From: Eimeria praecox
Lineage: Eukaryota
NCBI GenBank assembly: GCA_963920595.1
Contig: OY986947.1
Location: 6,448,001 to 6,512,000 of the forward strand
Direction of reading: 5' to 3'
DNA: 64,000 nt
The notes under the pieces were generated by a model. The model was not told where the DNA came from. It did not search any database and worked only from the letters and a program-made list of their open reading frames with translations. The position numbers and the translations under genes were made by a program. Positions 12,101 through 27,100 of this stretch are shown piece after piece. Each line of letters starts with the position of its first letter. Position 1 is the stretch's first letter.

Positions 12101-15100
12101 TAGCTTCGTGGGCATTGTTTGAGCCATTGGATTGGGGTGGTTTGTGGCCTATGGACCTGTTTCAGAAAGTATGGATTCTTGGGTGGGTGGAGTGTGGCAG
12201 GTGGACGAGAATGTTCCTTGCGTTGTGTGCAAGGCGGGTCTGGATCTATGGTAGGGTAAGCATGGCCTGTTGAGGATGTTGACGGACGGCGTCTAGGAGG
12301 TGTAGGGCGCATGCGTTTCTATACAGCTGGCATGCAGCACACTTTTGGCTGGTTCCGGATGTAATGTTATGCATTAGGGGAGGGATGCGGAGCACTCGAG
12401 AAGCAGTGTTCGTTTGTTCACTCTAGCTCGTGTTGAATCATGATGGGCATGCAGGGTAGCTCGCCACCATGTCAATGCGTCAGAAAGTAGGCGTCGTGGC
12501 CAGCTTGCGCCCATATGCACTGCTGTGTAAGCCAGCAGATATGGTCCAAACTTGTTTCGTGTTTTCGGGAATGAGTATGAATGCGTTATAAGGTGGAAAA
12601 GGAGGTGAAGCGTCAGGAGCAAGATATCGATACCGTAGGGCCCGAGTGGTAGTTTCATTGTTGAGGGTTCCGGTTTGCACCTGTGTGGGTTTTGTGGCAG
12701 GTGGATTGTGTGGAGGGGTAGCTGCTGCAGAGAGCATATATGGATGTTCCATGCCGCCGCGGAACAGAAAGTATGGAGAGGGTTGTTGGCTTGCGATGGA
12801 ACGGAGCGGTGTGTGTGACTGGGTGGCAAGAATCAGTATTTTGTTTAGGCAGGGGGTGGTCAAATGAAGTGACTTAATTGTGGATGAGAGGGCGGGGGGG
12901 GGTGGGGGGGAGGATTGGGACGTTGGTGGCGCATTTGGCAGCATTGGCTTGTTTCTTTAGTGTGGGGTATGGAGGTGTGAGGAAGGCGTGGGAGAAGGGG
13001 AGCATGGTGGTTCAATGCACCAGGAAGTATGTTTGGTTTTTCGTCTTCGTAGGAATTGGTAGGTGGGGTGGTCAGGTATTTGAGTAGCGGGGCTTGAAGG
13101 AGGCGTGTTGCGGAGCACAATGTGTGTGTCTAATCAAGGGCTGCACCTGGTACCACCGAAAAAATGTTAGCTGGTGTTTTGTCGCTGAATTGTGTTATAT
13201 GATTGAGGCCCAGGAGAGGGTTTATTTGTGTGGCTTATGGAGGGGAGAGCTCGTACACTGTAGTCGTGAATGCGTTTAACATACCAGGAGGTACGGTCGA
13301 CCTGCATTTGGCAAAAGAAGGAGTCGGGCGTTGACGCGGTGTAGACATTAGTGCATTTTACAGTTGGTTTGCAGGATTGCTGAAGTGTGGTTTGTGTGTG
13401 AGTGCAGTGAGCGTCAGGGATGATGCGTGTGAGATGGAGGGTACATGTCGTGCAATGTAGTCGTGAATGGGCTTCACTTATCAGGAAGTGCGTAGGAGGT
13501 GGCGTGGCGAATGGTTGGAGGGCCTTGGTGGGCATTATAGGGTAGTGGTGTTTCCATTTAGGTTGCAAGGGCGGTGAAGGGTAGTTTGAATGGCAAAGGC
13601 GCCAGAGTGGCAATATTTTGAGGATGCGTTTTGGGGTGGGATCTGCATAGCGTCGGGATTGGATACCAGGACATTTGATGAGTGCTTGTGCTGCATGGGG
13701 TAGCGTTGGTGGGTCTGCGGCGGCGCTTTAGCGTAGGTGACCTGAGTAGGAAGCGCCTGACAGTAGCCTCCAGCGTGTTTGCGTGTGTGTGTGTGGAGTA
13801 TTCACTATTCACCAGGAGGTACGGTTTATATTGGGGTATAGCCCAAGCACGTGTTTATAAGGGATAGTGGGCAGTTTGGGTTTTTGGGTGCGCATGGAGT
13901 GGGCTGTGGCGCCACCCTAGGGCTGTCCGCTTCGCAAGATGAGATTCCATTGTGTTGGGGATAAGCGTGCAGTTGGAGTGCGATGCAGGTTGCATTGTTG
14001 CAGCCCGAGAGGGAGGCGTGAGTTGCAATTGAACAGGCTTGTGTGCATCAGAAAGTGCGTTTGTCCCTTAGATTGGGGAGGATGTGTGGTGTGCTTATCG
14101 GCATTTGGGATGCTGGGCGTTTCGCAGGGATTAGTTTGTCAGGGACTTTGTTGGGGTTGAGCGCTGTGAACAAGTAAAGCGACGGCGAGGGCTTGGTTGC
14201 TGGTTAGCTTCGTGGGCATTTGTGTGAGCCATTGGATTGGGGTGGTTTGTTGCCTATGGACCTGTTTCAGAGAGTAAGGATTCTTGGGTGGGTGGAGTGT
14301 GGCAGGTGGACGAGAATGTTCCTTGCGTTGTGTGCAAGGCGGGTCTGGATCTATGGTAGGGTAAGCATGGCCTGTTGAGGATGTTGACGGACGGCGTCTA
14401 GGAGGTGTAGGGCGCATGCGTTTCTATACAGCTGGCATGCAGCACACTTTTGGCTGGTTCCGGATGTAATGTTATGCATTAGGGGAGGGATGCGGAGCAC
14501 TCGAGAAGCAGTGTTCGTTTGTTCACTCTAGCTCGTGTTGAATCATGATGGGCATGCAGGGTAGCTCGCCACCATGTCAATGCGTCAGAAAGTAGGCGTC
14601 GTGGCCAGCTTGCGCCCATATGCACTGCTGTGTAAGCCAGCAGATATGGTCGAAACTTGTTTCGTGTTTTCGGGAATGAGTATGAATGCGTTATAAGGTG
14701 GAAAAGGAGGTGAAGCGTCAGGAGCAAGATATCGATACCGTAGGGCCCGAGTGGTAGTTTCATTGTTGAGGGTTCCGGTTTGCACCTGTGTGGGTTTTGT
14801 GGCAGGTGGATTGTGTGGAGGGGTAGCTGCTGCAGAGAGCATATATGGATGTTCCATGCCGCCGCGGAACAGAAAGTATGGAGAGGGTTGTTGGCTTGCG
14901 ATGGAACGGAGCGGTGTGTGTGACTGGGTGGCAAGAATCAGTATTTTGTTTAGGCAGGGGGTGGTCAAATGAAGTGACTTAATTGTGGATGAGAGGGCGG
15001 GGGGGGTGAGGGGGAGGATTGGGACGTTGGTGGCGCATTTGGCAGCATTGGCTTGTTTCTTTAGTGTGGGGTATGGAGGTGTGAGCAAGGCGTGGGAGAA

Positions 15101-18100
15101 GGGGAGCATGGTGGTTCAATGCACCAGGAAGTATGTTTGGTTTTTCGTCTGCGTGGTTATTGGTAGGTGGGGTGGTCAGGTATTTGAGTAGCGGGGCTTG
15201 AAGGAGGCGTGTTGCGGAGCACAATGTGTGTGTCTAATCAAGGGCTGCACCTGGTACCACCGAAAAAATGTTAGCTGGTGTTTTGTCGCTGAATTGTGTT
15301 ATATGATTGAGGCCCAGGAGAGGGTTTATTTGTGTGGCTTATGGAGGGGAGAGCTCGTACACTGTAGTCGTGAATGCGTTTAACATACCAGGAGGTACGG
15401 TCGACCTGCATTTGGCAAAAGAAGGAGTCGGGCGTTGACGCGGTGTAGACATTAGTGCATTTTACAGTTGGTTTGCAGGATTGCTGAAGTGTGGTTTGTG
15501 TGTGAGTGCAGTGAGCGTCAGGGATGATGCGTGTGAGATGGAGGGTACATGTCGTGCAATGTAGTCGTGAATGGGCTTCACTTATCAGGAAGTGCGTAGG
15601 AGGTGGCGTGGCGAATGGTTGGAGGGCCTTGGTGGGCATTATAGGGTAGTGGTGTTTCCATTTAGGTTGCAAGGGCGGTGAAGGGTAGTTTGAATGGCAA
15701 AGGCGCCAGAGTGGCAATATTTTGAGGATGCGTTTTGGGGTGGGATCTGCATAGCGTCGGGATTGGATACCAGGACATTTGATGAGTGCTTGTGCTGCAT
15801 GGGGTAGCGTTGGTGGGTCTGCGGCGGCGCTTTAGCGTAGGTGACCTGAGTAGGAAGCGCCTGACAGTAGCCTCCAGCGTGTTTGCGTGTGTGTGTGTGG
15901 AGTATTCACTATTCACCAGGAGGTACGGTTTATATTGGGGTGTAGCCCAAGCACGTGTTTATAAGGGATAGTGGGCAGTTTGGGTTTTTGGGTGCGCATG
16001 GAGTGGGCTGTGGCGCCACCCTAGGGCTGTCCGCTTCGCAAGATGAGATTCCATTGTGTTGGGGATAAGCGTGCAGTTGGAGTGCGATGCAGGTTGCATT
16101 GTTGCAGCCCGAGAGGGAGGCGTGAGTTGCAATTGAACAGGCTTGTGTGCATCAGAAAGTGCGTTTGTCCCTTGGATTGGGGAGGATGCGTGGTGTGCTT
16201 ATCGGCATTTGGGATGTTGGCGTTTCGCAGGGATTAGTTTGTCAGGGACTGTGTTGGGGTTGAGCGCTGTGAACAAGTAAAGCGACGGCGAGGGCTTGGT
16301 TGCTGGTTAGCTTCGTGGGCATTTGTGTGAGCCATTGGATTGGGGTGGTTTGTGGCCTATGGACCTGTTTCAGAAAGTATGGATTCTTGGGTGGGTGGAG
16401 TGTGGCAGGTGGACGAGAATGTTCCTTGCGTTGTGTGCAAGGCGGGTCTGGATCTATGGTAGGGTAAGCATGGCCTGTTGAGGATGTTGACGGACGGCGT
16501 CTAGGAGGTGTAGGGCGCATGCGTTTCTATACAGCTGGCATGCAGCACACGTTTGGCTGGTTCCGGATGTAATGTTATGCATTAGGGGAGGGATGCGGAG
16601 CACTCGAGAAGCAGTGTTCGTTTGTTCACTCTAGCTCGTGTTGAATCATGATGGGCATGCAGGGTAGCTCGCCACCATGTCAATGCGTCAGAAAGTAGGC
16701 GTCGTGGCCAGCTTGCGCCCATATGCACTGCTGTGTAAGCCAGCAGATATGGTCCAAACTTGTTTCGTGTTTTCGGGAATGAGTATGAATGCGTTATAAG
16801 GTGGAAAAGGAGGTGAAGCGTCAGGAGCAAGATATCGATACCGTAGGGCCCGAGTGGTAGTTTCATTGTTGAGGGTTCCGGTTTGCACCTGTGTGGGTTT
16901 TGTGGCAGGTGGATTGTGTGGAGGGGTAGCTGCTGCAGAGAGCATATATGGATGTTCCATGCCGCCGCGGAACAGAAAGTATGGAGAGGGTTGTTGGCTT
17001 GCGATGGAACGGAGCGGTGTGTGTGACTGGGTGGCAAGAATCAGTATTTTGTTTATGCAGGGGGTGGTCAAATGAAGTGACTTAATTGTGGATGAGAGGG
17101 CGGGGGGGGTGGGGGGGAGGATTGGGACGTTGGTGGCGCATTTGGCAGCATTGGCTTGTTTCTTTAGTGTGGGGTATGGAGGTGTGAGCAAGGCGTGGGA
17201 GAAGGGGAGCATGGTGGTTCAATGCACCAGGAAGTATGTTTGGTTTTTCGTCTTCGTAGGAATTGGTAGGTGGGGTGGTCAGGTATTTGAGTAGCGGGGC
17301 TTGAAGGAGGCGTGTTGCGGAGCACAATGTGTGTGTCTAATCAAGGGCTGCACCTGGTACCACCGAAAAAATGTTAGCTAGTGTTTTGTCGCTGAATTGT
17401 GTTATATGATTGAGGCCCAGGAGAGGGTTTATTTGTGTGGCTTATGGAGGGGAGAGCTCGTACACTGTAGTCGTGAATGCGTTTAACATACCAGGAGGTA
17501 CGGTCGACCTGCATTTGGCAAAAGAAGGAGTCGGGCGTTGACGCGGTGTAGACATTAGTGCATTTTACAGTTGGTTTGCAGGATTGCTGAAGTGTGGTTT
17601 GTGTGTGAGTGCAGTGAGCGTCAGGGATGATGCGTGTGAGATGGAGGGTACATGTCGTGCAATGTAGTCGTGAATGGGCTTCACTTATCAGGAAGTGCGT
17701 AGGAGGTGGCGTGGCGAATGGTTGGAGGGCCTTGGTGGGCATTATAGGGTAGTGGTGTTTCCATTTAGGTTGCAAGGGCGGTGAAGGGTAGTTTGAATGG
17801 CAAAGGCGCCAGAGTGGCAATATTTTGAGGATGCGTTTTGGGGTGGGATCTGCATAGCGTCGGGATTGGATACCAGGACATTTGATGAGTGCTTGTGCTG
17901 CATGGGGTAGCGTTGGTGGGTCTGCGGCGGCGCTTTAGCGTAGGTGACCTGAGTAGGAAGCGCCTGACAGTAGCCTCCAGCGTGTTTGCGTGTGTGTGTG
18001 TGGAGTATTCACTATTCACCAGGAGGTACGGCTTATACTGGGGTATAGCCCAAGCACGTGTTTATAAGGGATAGTGGGCAGTTTGGGTTTTTGGGTGCGC

Positions 18101-21100
18101 ATGGAGTGGGTTGTGGCGCCACCCTAGGGCTGTCCGCTTCGCAAGATGAGATTCCATTGTGTTGGGGATAAGCGTGCAGTTGGAGTGCGATGCAGGTTGC
18201 ATTGTTGCAGCCCGAGAGGGAGGCGTGAGTTGCAATTGAACAGGCTTGTGTGCATCAGAAAGTGCGTTTGTCCCTTGGATTGGGGAGGATGCGTGGTGTG
18301 CTTATCGGCATTTGGGATGTTGGCGTTTCGCAGGGATTAGTTTGTCAGGGACTGTGTTGGGGTTGAGCGCTGTGAACAAGTTAAGCGACGGCGAGGGCTT
18401 GGTTGCTGGTTAGCTTCGTGGGCATTTGTGTGAGCCATTGGATTGGGGTGGTTTGTTGCCTATGGACCTGTTTCAGAAAGTATGGATTCTTGGGTGGGTG
18501 GAGTGTGGCAGGTGGACGAGAATGTTCCTTGCGTTGTTTGCAAGGCAGGTCTGGATCTATGGTAGGGTAACCATGACCTGTTGAGGATGTTGACGGACGG
18601 CGACTAGGAGGTGTTGGGCGCATGCGTTTCTATACAGCTGGCATGCAGCACACGTTTGGCTGGTTCCGGATGTAATGTTATGCATTAGGGGAGGGATGCG
18701 GAGCACTCGAGAAGCAGTGTTCGTTTGTTCACTCTAGCTCGTGTTGAATCATGATGGGCATGCAGGGTAGCTCGCCACCATGTCAATGCGTCAGAAAGTA
18801 GGCGTCGTGGCCAGCTTGCGCCCATATGCACTGCTGTGTAAGCCAGCAGATATGGTCGAAACTTGTTTGGTGTTTTCGGGAATGAGTATGAATGCGTTAT
18901 AAGGTGGAAAAGGAGGTGAAGCGTCAGGAGCAAGATATCGATACCGTAGGGCCCGAGTGGTAGTTTCATTGTTGAGGGTTCCGGTTTGCACCTGTGTGGG
19001 TTTTGTGGCAGGTGGATTGTGTGGAGGGGTAGCTGCTGCAGAGAGCATATATGGATGTTCCATGCCGCCGCGGAACAGAAAGTATGGAGAGGGTTGTGGG
19101 CATGCGATGGAACGGAGCGGTGTGTGTGACTGGGTGGCAAGAATCAGTATTTTGTTTATGCAGGGGGTGGTCAAATGAAGTGACTTAATTGTGGATGAGA
19201 GGGCGGGGGGGGTGGGGGGGAGGATTGGGACGTTGGTGGCGCATTTGGCAGCATTGGCTTGTTTCTTTAGTGTGGGGTATGGAGGTGTGAGCAAGGCGTG
19301 GGAGAAGGGGAGCATGGTGGTTCAATGCACCAGGAAGTATGTTTGGTTTTTCGTCTGCGTGGTTATTGGTAGGTGGGGTGGTCAGGTATTTGAGTAGCGG
19401 GGCTTGAAGGAGGCGTGTTGCGGAGCACAATGTGTGTGTCTAATCAAGGGCTGCACCTGGTACCACCGAAAAAATGTTAGCTAGTGTTTTGTCGCTGAAT
19501 TGTGTTATATGATTGAGGCCCAGGAGAGGGTTTATTTGTGTGGCTTATGGAGGGGAGAGCTCGTACACTGTAGTCGTGAATGCGTTTAACATACCAGGAG
19601 GTACGGTCGACCTGCATTTGGCAAAAGAAGGAGTCGGGCGTTGACGCGGTGTAGACATTAGTGCATTTTACAGTTGGTTTGCAGGATTGCTGAAGTGTGG
19701 TTTGTGTGTGAGTGCAGTGAGCGTCAGGGATGATGCGTGTGAGATGGAGGGTACATGTCGTGCAATGCAGTCGTGAATGGGCTTCACTTATCAGGAAGTG
19801 CGTAGGAGGTGGCGTGGCGAATGGTTGGAGGGCCTTGGTGGGCATTATAGGGTAGTGGTGTTTCCATTTAGGTTGCAAGGGCGGTGAAGGGTAGTTTGAA
19901 TGGCAAAGGCGCCAGAGTGGCAATATTTTGAGGATGCGTTTTGGGGTGGGATCTGCATAGCGTCGGGATTGGATACCAGGACATTTGATGAGTGCTTGTG
20001 CTGCATGGGGTAGCGTTGGTGGGTCTGCGGCGGCGCTTTAGCGTAGGTGACCTGAGTAGGAAGCGCCTGACAGTAGCCTCCAGCGTGTTTGCGTGTGTGT
20101 GTGTGGAGTATTCACTATTCACCAGGAGGTACGGCTTATACTGGGGTATAGCCCAAGCACGTGTTTATAAGGGATAGTGGGCAGTTTGGGTTTTTGGGTG
20201 CGCATGGAGTGGGCTGTGGCGCCACCCTAGGGCTGTCCGCTTCGCAAGATGAGATTCCATTGTGTTGGGGATAAGCGTGCAGTTGGAGTGCGATGCAGGT
20301 TGCATTGTTGCAGCCCGAGAGGGAGGCGTGAGTTGCAATTGAACAGGCTTGTGTGCATCAGAAAGTGCGTTTGTCCCTTAGATTGGGGAGGATGCGTGGT
20401 GTGCTTATCGGCATTTGGGATGCTGGGCGTTTCGCAGGGATTAGTTTGTCAGGGACTTTGTTGGGGTTGAGCGCTGTGAACAAGTAAAGCGACGGCGAGG
20501 GCTTGGTTGCTGGTTAGCTTCGTGGGCATTTGTGTGAGCCATTGGATTGGGGTGGTTTGTTGCCTATGGACCTGTTTCAGAGAGTAAGGATTCTTGGGTG
20601 GGTGGAGTGTGGCAGGTGGACGAGAATGTTCCTTGCGTTGTGTGCAAGGCGGGTCTGGATCTATGGTAGGGTAAGCATGGCCTGTTGAGGCTGTTGACGG
20701 ACGGCGTCTAGGAGGTGTAGGGCGCATGCGTTTCTATACATCTGGCATGCAGCACACTTTTGGCTGGTTCCGGATGTAATGTTATGCATTAGGGGAGGGA
20801 TGCGGAGCACTCGAGAAGCAGTGTTCGTTTGTTCACTCGAGCTCGTGTTGAATCATGATGGGCATGCAGGGTAGCTCGCCACCATGTCAATGCGTCAGAA
20901 AGTAGGCGTCGTGGCCAGCTTGCGCCCATATGCACTGCTGTATAAGTCAGCAGATATGGTCGAAACTTGTTTCGTGTTTTCGGGAATGAGTATGAATGCG
21001 TTATAAGGTGGAAAAGGAGGTGAAGCGTCAGGAGCAAGATATCGATACCGTAGGGCCCGAGTGGTAGTTTCATTGTTGAGGGTTCCGGTTTGCACCTGTG

Positions 21101-24100
21101 TGGGTTTTGTGGCAGGTGGATTGTGTGGAGGGGTAGCTGCTGCAGAGAGCATATATGGATGTACCATGCCGCCGCGGAACAGAAAGTATGGAGAGGGTTG
21201 TGGGCATGCGATGGAACGGAGGGGTGTGTGTGATTGGGTGGCAAGAATCAGTATTTTGTTTATGCAGGGGGTGGTCAAATGAAGTGACTTAATTGTGGAT
21301 GAGAGGGCGGGGGGGTGGGGGGGAGGATTGGGACGTTGGTGGTGCATTTGGCAGCATTGGTTTGTTTCTTTAGTGTGGGGTATGGAGGTGTGACCAATGC
21401 GTGGGAGAAGGGGAGCATGGTGGTTCAATGCACCAGGAAGTATGTTTGGTTTTTCGTCTGCGTGGTTATTGGTAGGTGGGGTGGTCAGGTATTTGAGTAG
21501 CGGGGCTTGAAGGAGGCGTGTTGCGGAGCACAATGTGTGTGTCTAATCAAGGGCTGCACCTGGTACCACCGAAAAAATGTTAGCTGGTGTTTTGTCGCTG
21601 AATTGTGATATATGATTGAGGCCCAGGAGAGGGTTTATTTGTGTGGCTTATGGAGGGGAGAGCTCGTACACTGTAGTCGTGAATGCGTTTAACATACCAG
21701 GAGGTACGGCCGACCTGCATTTGGCAAAAGAAGGAGTCGGGCGTTGACCCGGTGTAGACATTAGTGCATTTTACAGTTGGTCTGCAGGATTGCTGAAGTG
21801 TGGTTTGTGTGTGAGTGCAGTGAGCGTCAGGGATGATGCGTGTGAGATGGAGGGTACATGTCGTGCAATGTAGTCGTGAATGGGCTTCACTTATCAGGAA
21901 GTGCGTAGCAGGTGGCGTGGTGAATGGTTGGAGGGCCTTGGTGGGCGTTATAGGGTAGTGGTGTTTCCAGTTAGGTTGCAAGGGCGGTGAAGGGTGGTTT
22001 GAATGGCAAAGGCGCCAGAGTGGCAATATTTTGAGGATGCGTTTTGGGGTGGGATCTGCATAGCGTCGGGATTGGATTCCAGGACATTTGATGAGTGGTT
22101 GTGCTGCATGGGGTAGCGTTGGTGGGTCTGCGGCGGCGCTTTAGCGTAGGTGACCTGAGTAGGAAGCGCCTGACAGTAGCCTCCAGCGTGTTTGCGTGTG
22201 TGTGTGTGGAGTATTCACTATTCACCAGGAGGTACGGTTTATATTGGGGTATAGCCCAAGCACGTGTTTATAAGGGATAGTGGGCAGTTTGGGTTTTTGG
22301 GTGCGCATGGAGTGGGCTGTGGCGCCACCCTAGGGCTGTCCGCTTCGCAAGATGAGATTCCATTGTGTTGGGGATAAGCGTGCAGTTGGAGTGCGATGCA
22401 GGTTGCATTGTTGCAGCCCGAGAGGGAGGCGTGAGTTGCAATTGAACAGGCTTGTGTGCATCAGAAAGTGCGTTTGTCCCTTGGATTGGGGAGGATGCGT
22501 GGTGTGCTTATCGGCATTTGGGATGCTGGGCGTTTCGCAGGGATTAGTTTGTCAGGGACTTTGTTGGGGTTGAGCGCTGTGAACAAGTAAAGCGACGGCG
22601 AGGGCTTGGTTGCTTGTTAGCTTCGTGGGCATTTGTGTGAGCCATTGGATTGGGGTGGTTTGCTGCCTATGGACCTGTTTCAGAGAGTAAGGATTCTTGG
22701 GTGGGTGGAGTGTGGCAGGTGGACGAGAATGTTCCTTGCGTTGTGTGCAAGGCGGGTCTGGATCTATGGTAGGGTAAGCATGGCCTGTTGAGGATGTTGA
22801 CGGACGGCGTCTAGGAGGTGTAGGGCGCATGCGTTTCTATACAGCTGGCATGCAGCACACTTTTGGCTGGTTCCGGATGTAATGTTATGCATTAGGGGAG
22901 GGATGCGGAGCACTCGAGAAGCAGTGTTCGTTTGTTCACTCGAGCTCGTGTTGAATCATGATGGGCATGCAGGGTAGCTCGCCACCATGTCAATGCGTCA
23001 GAAAGTAGGCGTCGTGGCCAGCTTGCGCCCATATGCACTGCTGTATAAGTCAGCAGATATGGTCGAAACTTGTTTCGTGTTTTCGGGAATGAGTATGAAT
23101 GCGTTATAAGGTGGAAAAGGAGGTGAAGCGTCAGGAGCAAGATATCGATACCGTAGGGCCCGAGTGGTAGTTTCATTGTTGAGGGCTCCGGTTTGCACCT
23201 GTGTGGGTTTTGTGCCAGGTGGATTGTGTGGAGGGGTAGCTGCTGCAGAGAGCATATATGGATGTTCCATGCCGCCGCGGAACAGAAAGTATGGAGAGGG
23301 TTGTGGGCATGCGATGGAACGGAGGGGTGTGTGTGATTGGGTGGCAAGAATCAGTATTTTGTTTATGCAGGGGGTGGTCAAATGAAGTGACTTAATTGTG
23401 GATGAGAGGGCGGGGGGGTGGGGGGGAGGATTGGGACGTTGGTGGTGCATTTGGCAGCATTGGTTTGTTTCTTTAGTGTGGGGTATGGAGGTGTGACCAA
23501 TGCGTGGGAGAAGGGGAGCATGGTGGTTCAATGCACCAGGAAGTATGTTTGGTTTTTCGTCTGCGTGGTTATTGGTAGGTGGGGTGGTCAGGTATTTGAG
23601 TAGCGGGGCTTGAAGGAGGCGTGTTGCGGAGCACAATGTGTGTGTCTAATCAAGGGCTGCACCTGGTACCACCGAAAAAATGTTAGCTGGTGTTTTGTCG
23701 CTGAATTGTGATATATGATTGAGGCCCAGGAGAGGGTTTATTTGTGTGGCTTATGGAGGGGAGAGCTCGTACACTGTAGTCGTGAATGCGTTTAACATAC
23801 CAGGAGGTACGGTCGACCTGCATTTGGCAAAAGAAGGAGTCGGGCGTTGACCCGGTGTAGACATTAGTGCATTTTACAGTTGGTCTGCAGGATTGCTGAA
23901 GTGTGGTTTGTGTGTGAGTGCAGTGAGCGTCAGGGATGATGCGTGTGAGATGGAGGGTACATGTCGTGCAATGTAGTCGTGAATGGGCTTCACTTATCAG
24001 GAAGTGCGTAGCAGGTGGCGTGGTGAATGGTTGGAGGGCCTTGGTGGGCGTTATAGGGTAGTGGTGTTTCCAGTTAGGTTGCAAGGGCGGTGAAGGGTGG

Positions 24101-27100
24101 TTTGAATGGCAAAGGCGCCAGAGTGGCAATATTTTGAGGATGCGTTTTGGGGTGGGATCTGCATAGCGTCGGGATTGGATTCCAGGACATTTGATGAGTG
24201 GTTGTGCTGCATGGGGTAGCGTTGGTGGGTCTGCGGCGGCGCTTTAGCGTAGGTGACCTGAGTAGGAAGCGCCTGACAGTAGCCTCCAGCGTGTTTGCGT
24301 GTGTGTGTGTGGAGTATTCACTATTCACCAGGAGGTACGGTTTATATTGGGGTATAGCCCAAGCACGTGTTTATAAGGGATAGTGGGCAGTTTGGGTTTT
24401 TGGGTGCGCATGGAGTGGGCTGTGGCGCCACCCTAGGGCTGTCCGCTTCGCAAGATGAGATTCCATTGTGTTGGGGATAAGCGTGCAGTTGGAGTGCGAT
24501 GCAGGTTGCATTGTTGCAGCCCGAGAGGGAGGCGTGAGTTGCAATTGAACAGGCTTGTGTGCATCAGAAAGTGCGTTTGTCCCTTGGATTGGGGAGGATG
24601 CGTGGTGTGCTTATCGGCATTTGGGATGCTGGGCGTTTCGCAGGGATTAGTTTGTCAGGGACTTTGTTGGGGTTGAGCGCTGTGAACAAGTAAAGCGACG
24701 GCGAGGGCTTGGTTGCTTGTTAGCTTCGTGGGCATTTGTGTGAGCCATTGGATTGGGGTGGTTTGCTGCCTATGGACCTGTTTCAGAGAGTAAGGATTCT
24801 TGGGTGGGTGGAGTGTGGCAGGTGGACGAGAATGTTCCTTGCGTTGTGTGCAAGGCGGGTCTGGATCTATGGTAGGGTAAGCATGGCCTGTTGAGGATGT
24901 TGACGGACGGCGTCTAGGAGGTGTAGGGCGCATGCGTTTCTATACAGCTGGCATGCAGCACACTTTTGGCTGGTTCCGGATGTAATGTTATGCATTAGGG
25001 GAGGGATGCGGAGCACTCGAGAAGCAGTGTTCGTTTGTTCACTCGAGCTCGTGTTGAATCATGATGGGCATGCAGGGTAGCTCGCCACCATGTCAATGCG
25101 TCAGAAAGTAGGCGTCGTGGCCAGCTTGCGCCCATATGCACTGCTGTATAAGTCAGCAGATATGGTCGAAACTTGTTTCGTGTTTTCGGGAATGAGTATG
25201 AATGCGTTATAAGGTGGAAAAGGAGGTGAAGCGTCAGGAGCAAGATATCGATACCGTAGGGCCCGAGTGGTAGTTTCATTGTTGAGGGCTCCGGTTTGCA
25301 CCTGTGTGGGTTTTGTGCCAGGTGGATTGTGTGGAGGGGTAGCTGCTGCAGAGAGCATATATGGATGTTCCATGCCGCCGCGGAACAGAAAGTATGGAGA
25401 GGGTTGTGGGCATGCGATGGAACGGAGGGGTGTGTGTGATTGGGTGGCAAGAATCAGTATTTTGTTTATGCAGGGGGTGGTCAAATGAAGTGACTTAATT
25501 GTGGATGAGAGGGCGGGGGGGTGGGGGGGAGGATTGGGACGTTGGTGGTGCATTTGGCAGCATTGGTTTGTTTCTTTAGTGTGGGGTATGGAGGTGTGAC
25601 CAATGCGTGGGAGAAGGGGAGCATGGTGGTTCAATGCACCAGGAAGTATGTTTGGTTTTTCGTCTGCGTGGTTATTGGTAGGTGGGGTGGTCAGGTATTT
25701 GAGTAGCGGGGCTTGAAGGAGGCGTGTTGCGGAGCACAATGTGTGTGTCTAATCAAGGGCTGCACCTGGTACCACCGAAAAAATGTTAGCTGGTGTTTTG
25801 TCGCTGAATTGTGATATATGATTGAGGCCCAGGAGAGGGTTTATTTGTGTGGCTTATGGAGGGGAGAGCTCGTACACTGTAGTCGTGAATGCGTTTAACA
25901 TACCAGGAGGTACGGTCGACTTGCATTTGGCAAAAGAAGGAGTCGGGCGTTGACGCGGTGTAGACATTAGTGCATTTTACAGTTGGTCTGCAGGATTGCT
26001 GAAGTGTGGTTTGTGTGTGAGTGCAGTGAGCGTCAGGGATGATGCGTGTGAGATGGAGGGTACATGTCGTGCAATGTAGTCGTGAATGGGCTTCACTTAT
26101 CAGGAAGTGCGTAGCAGGTGGCGTGGTGAATGGTTGGAGGGCCTTGGTGGGCGTTATAGGGTAGTGGTGTTTCCAGTTAGGTTGCAAGGGCGGTGAAGGG
26201 TGGTTTGAATGGCAAAGGCGCCAGAGTGGCAATATTTTGAGGATGCGTTTTGGGGTGGGATCTGCATAGCGTCGGGATTGGATTCCAGGACATTTGATGA
26301 GTGGTTGTGCTGCATGGGGTAGCGTTGGTGGGTCTGCGGCGGCGCTTTAGCGTAGGTGACCTGAGTAGGAAGCGCCTGACAGTAGCCTCCAGCGTGTTTG
26401 CGTGTGTGTGTGTGGAGTATTCACTATTCACCAGGAGGTACGGTTTATATTGGGGTATAGCCCAAGCACGTGTTTATAAGGGATAGTGGGCAGTTTGGGT
26501 TTTTGGGTGCGCATGGAGTGGGCTGTGGCGCCACCCTAGGGCTGTCCGCGTCGCAAGATGAGATTCCATTGTGTTGGGGATAAGCGTGCAGTTGGAGTGC
26601 GATGCAGGTTGCATTGTTGCAGCCCGAGAGGGAGGCGTGAGTTGCAATTGAACAGGCTTGTGTGCATCAGAAAGTCCGTTTGTCCCTTAGATTGGGGAGG
26701 ATGCGTGGTGTGCTTATCGGCATTTGGGATGCTGGGCGTTTCGCAGGGATTAGTTTGTCAGGGACTTTGTTGGGGTTGAGCGCTGTGAACAAGTAAAGCG
26801 ACGGCGAGGGCTTGGTTGCTGGTTAGCTTCGTGGGCATTTGTGTGAGCCATTGGATTGGGGTGGTTTGTTGCCTATGGACCTGTTTCAGAGAGTAAGGAT
26901 TCTTGGGTGGGTGGAGTGTGGCAGGTGGACGAGAATGTTCCTTGCGTTGTGTGCAAGGCAGGTCTGGATCTATGGTAGGGTAAGCATGGCCTGTTGAGGA
27001 TGTTGACGGACGGCGTCTAGGAGGTGTAGGGCGCATGCGTTTCTATACAGCTGGCATGCAGCACACTTTTGGCTGGTTCCGGATGTAATGTTATGCATTA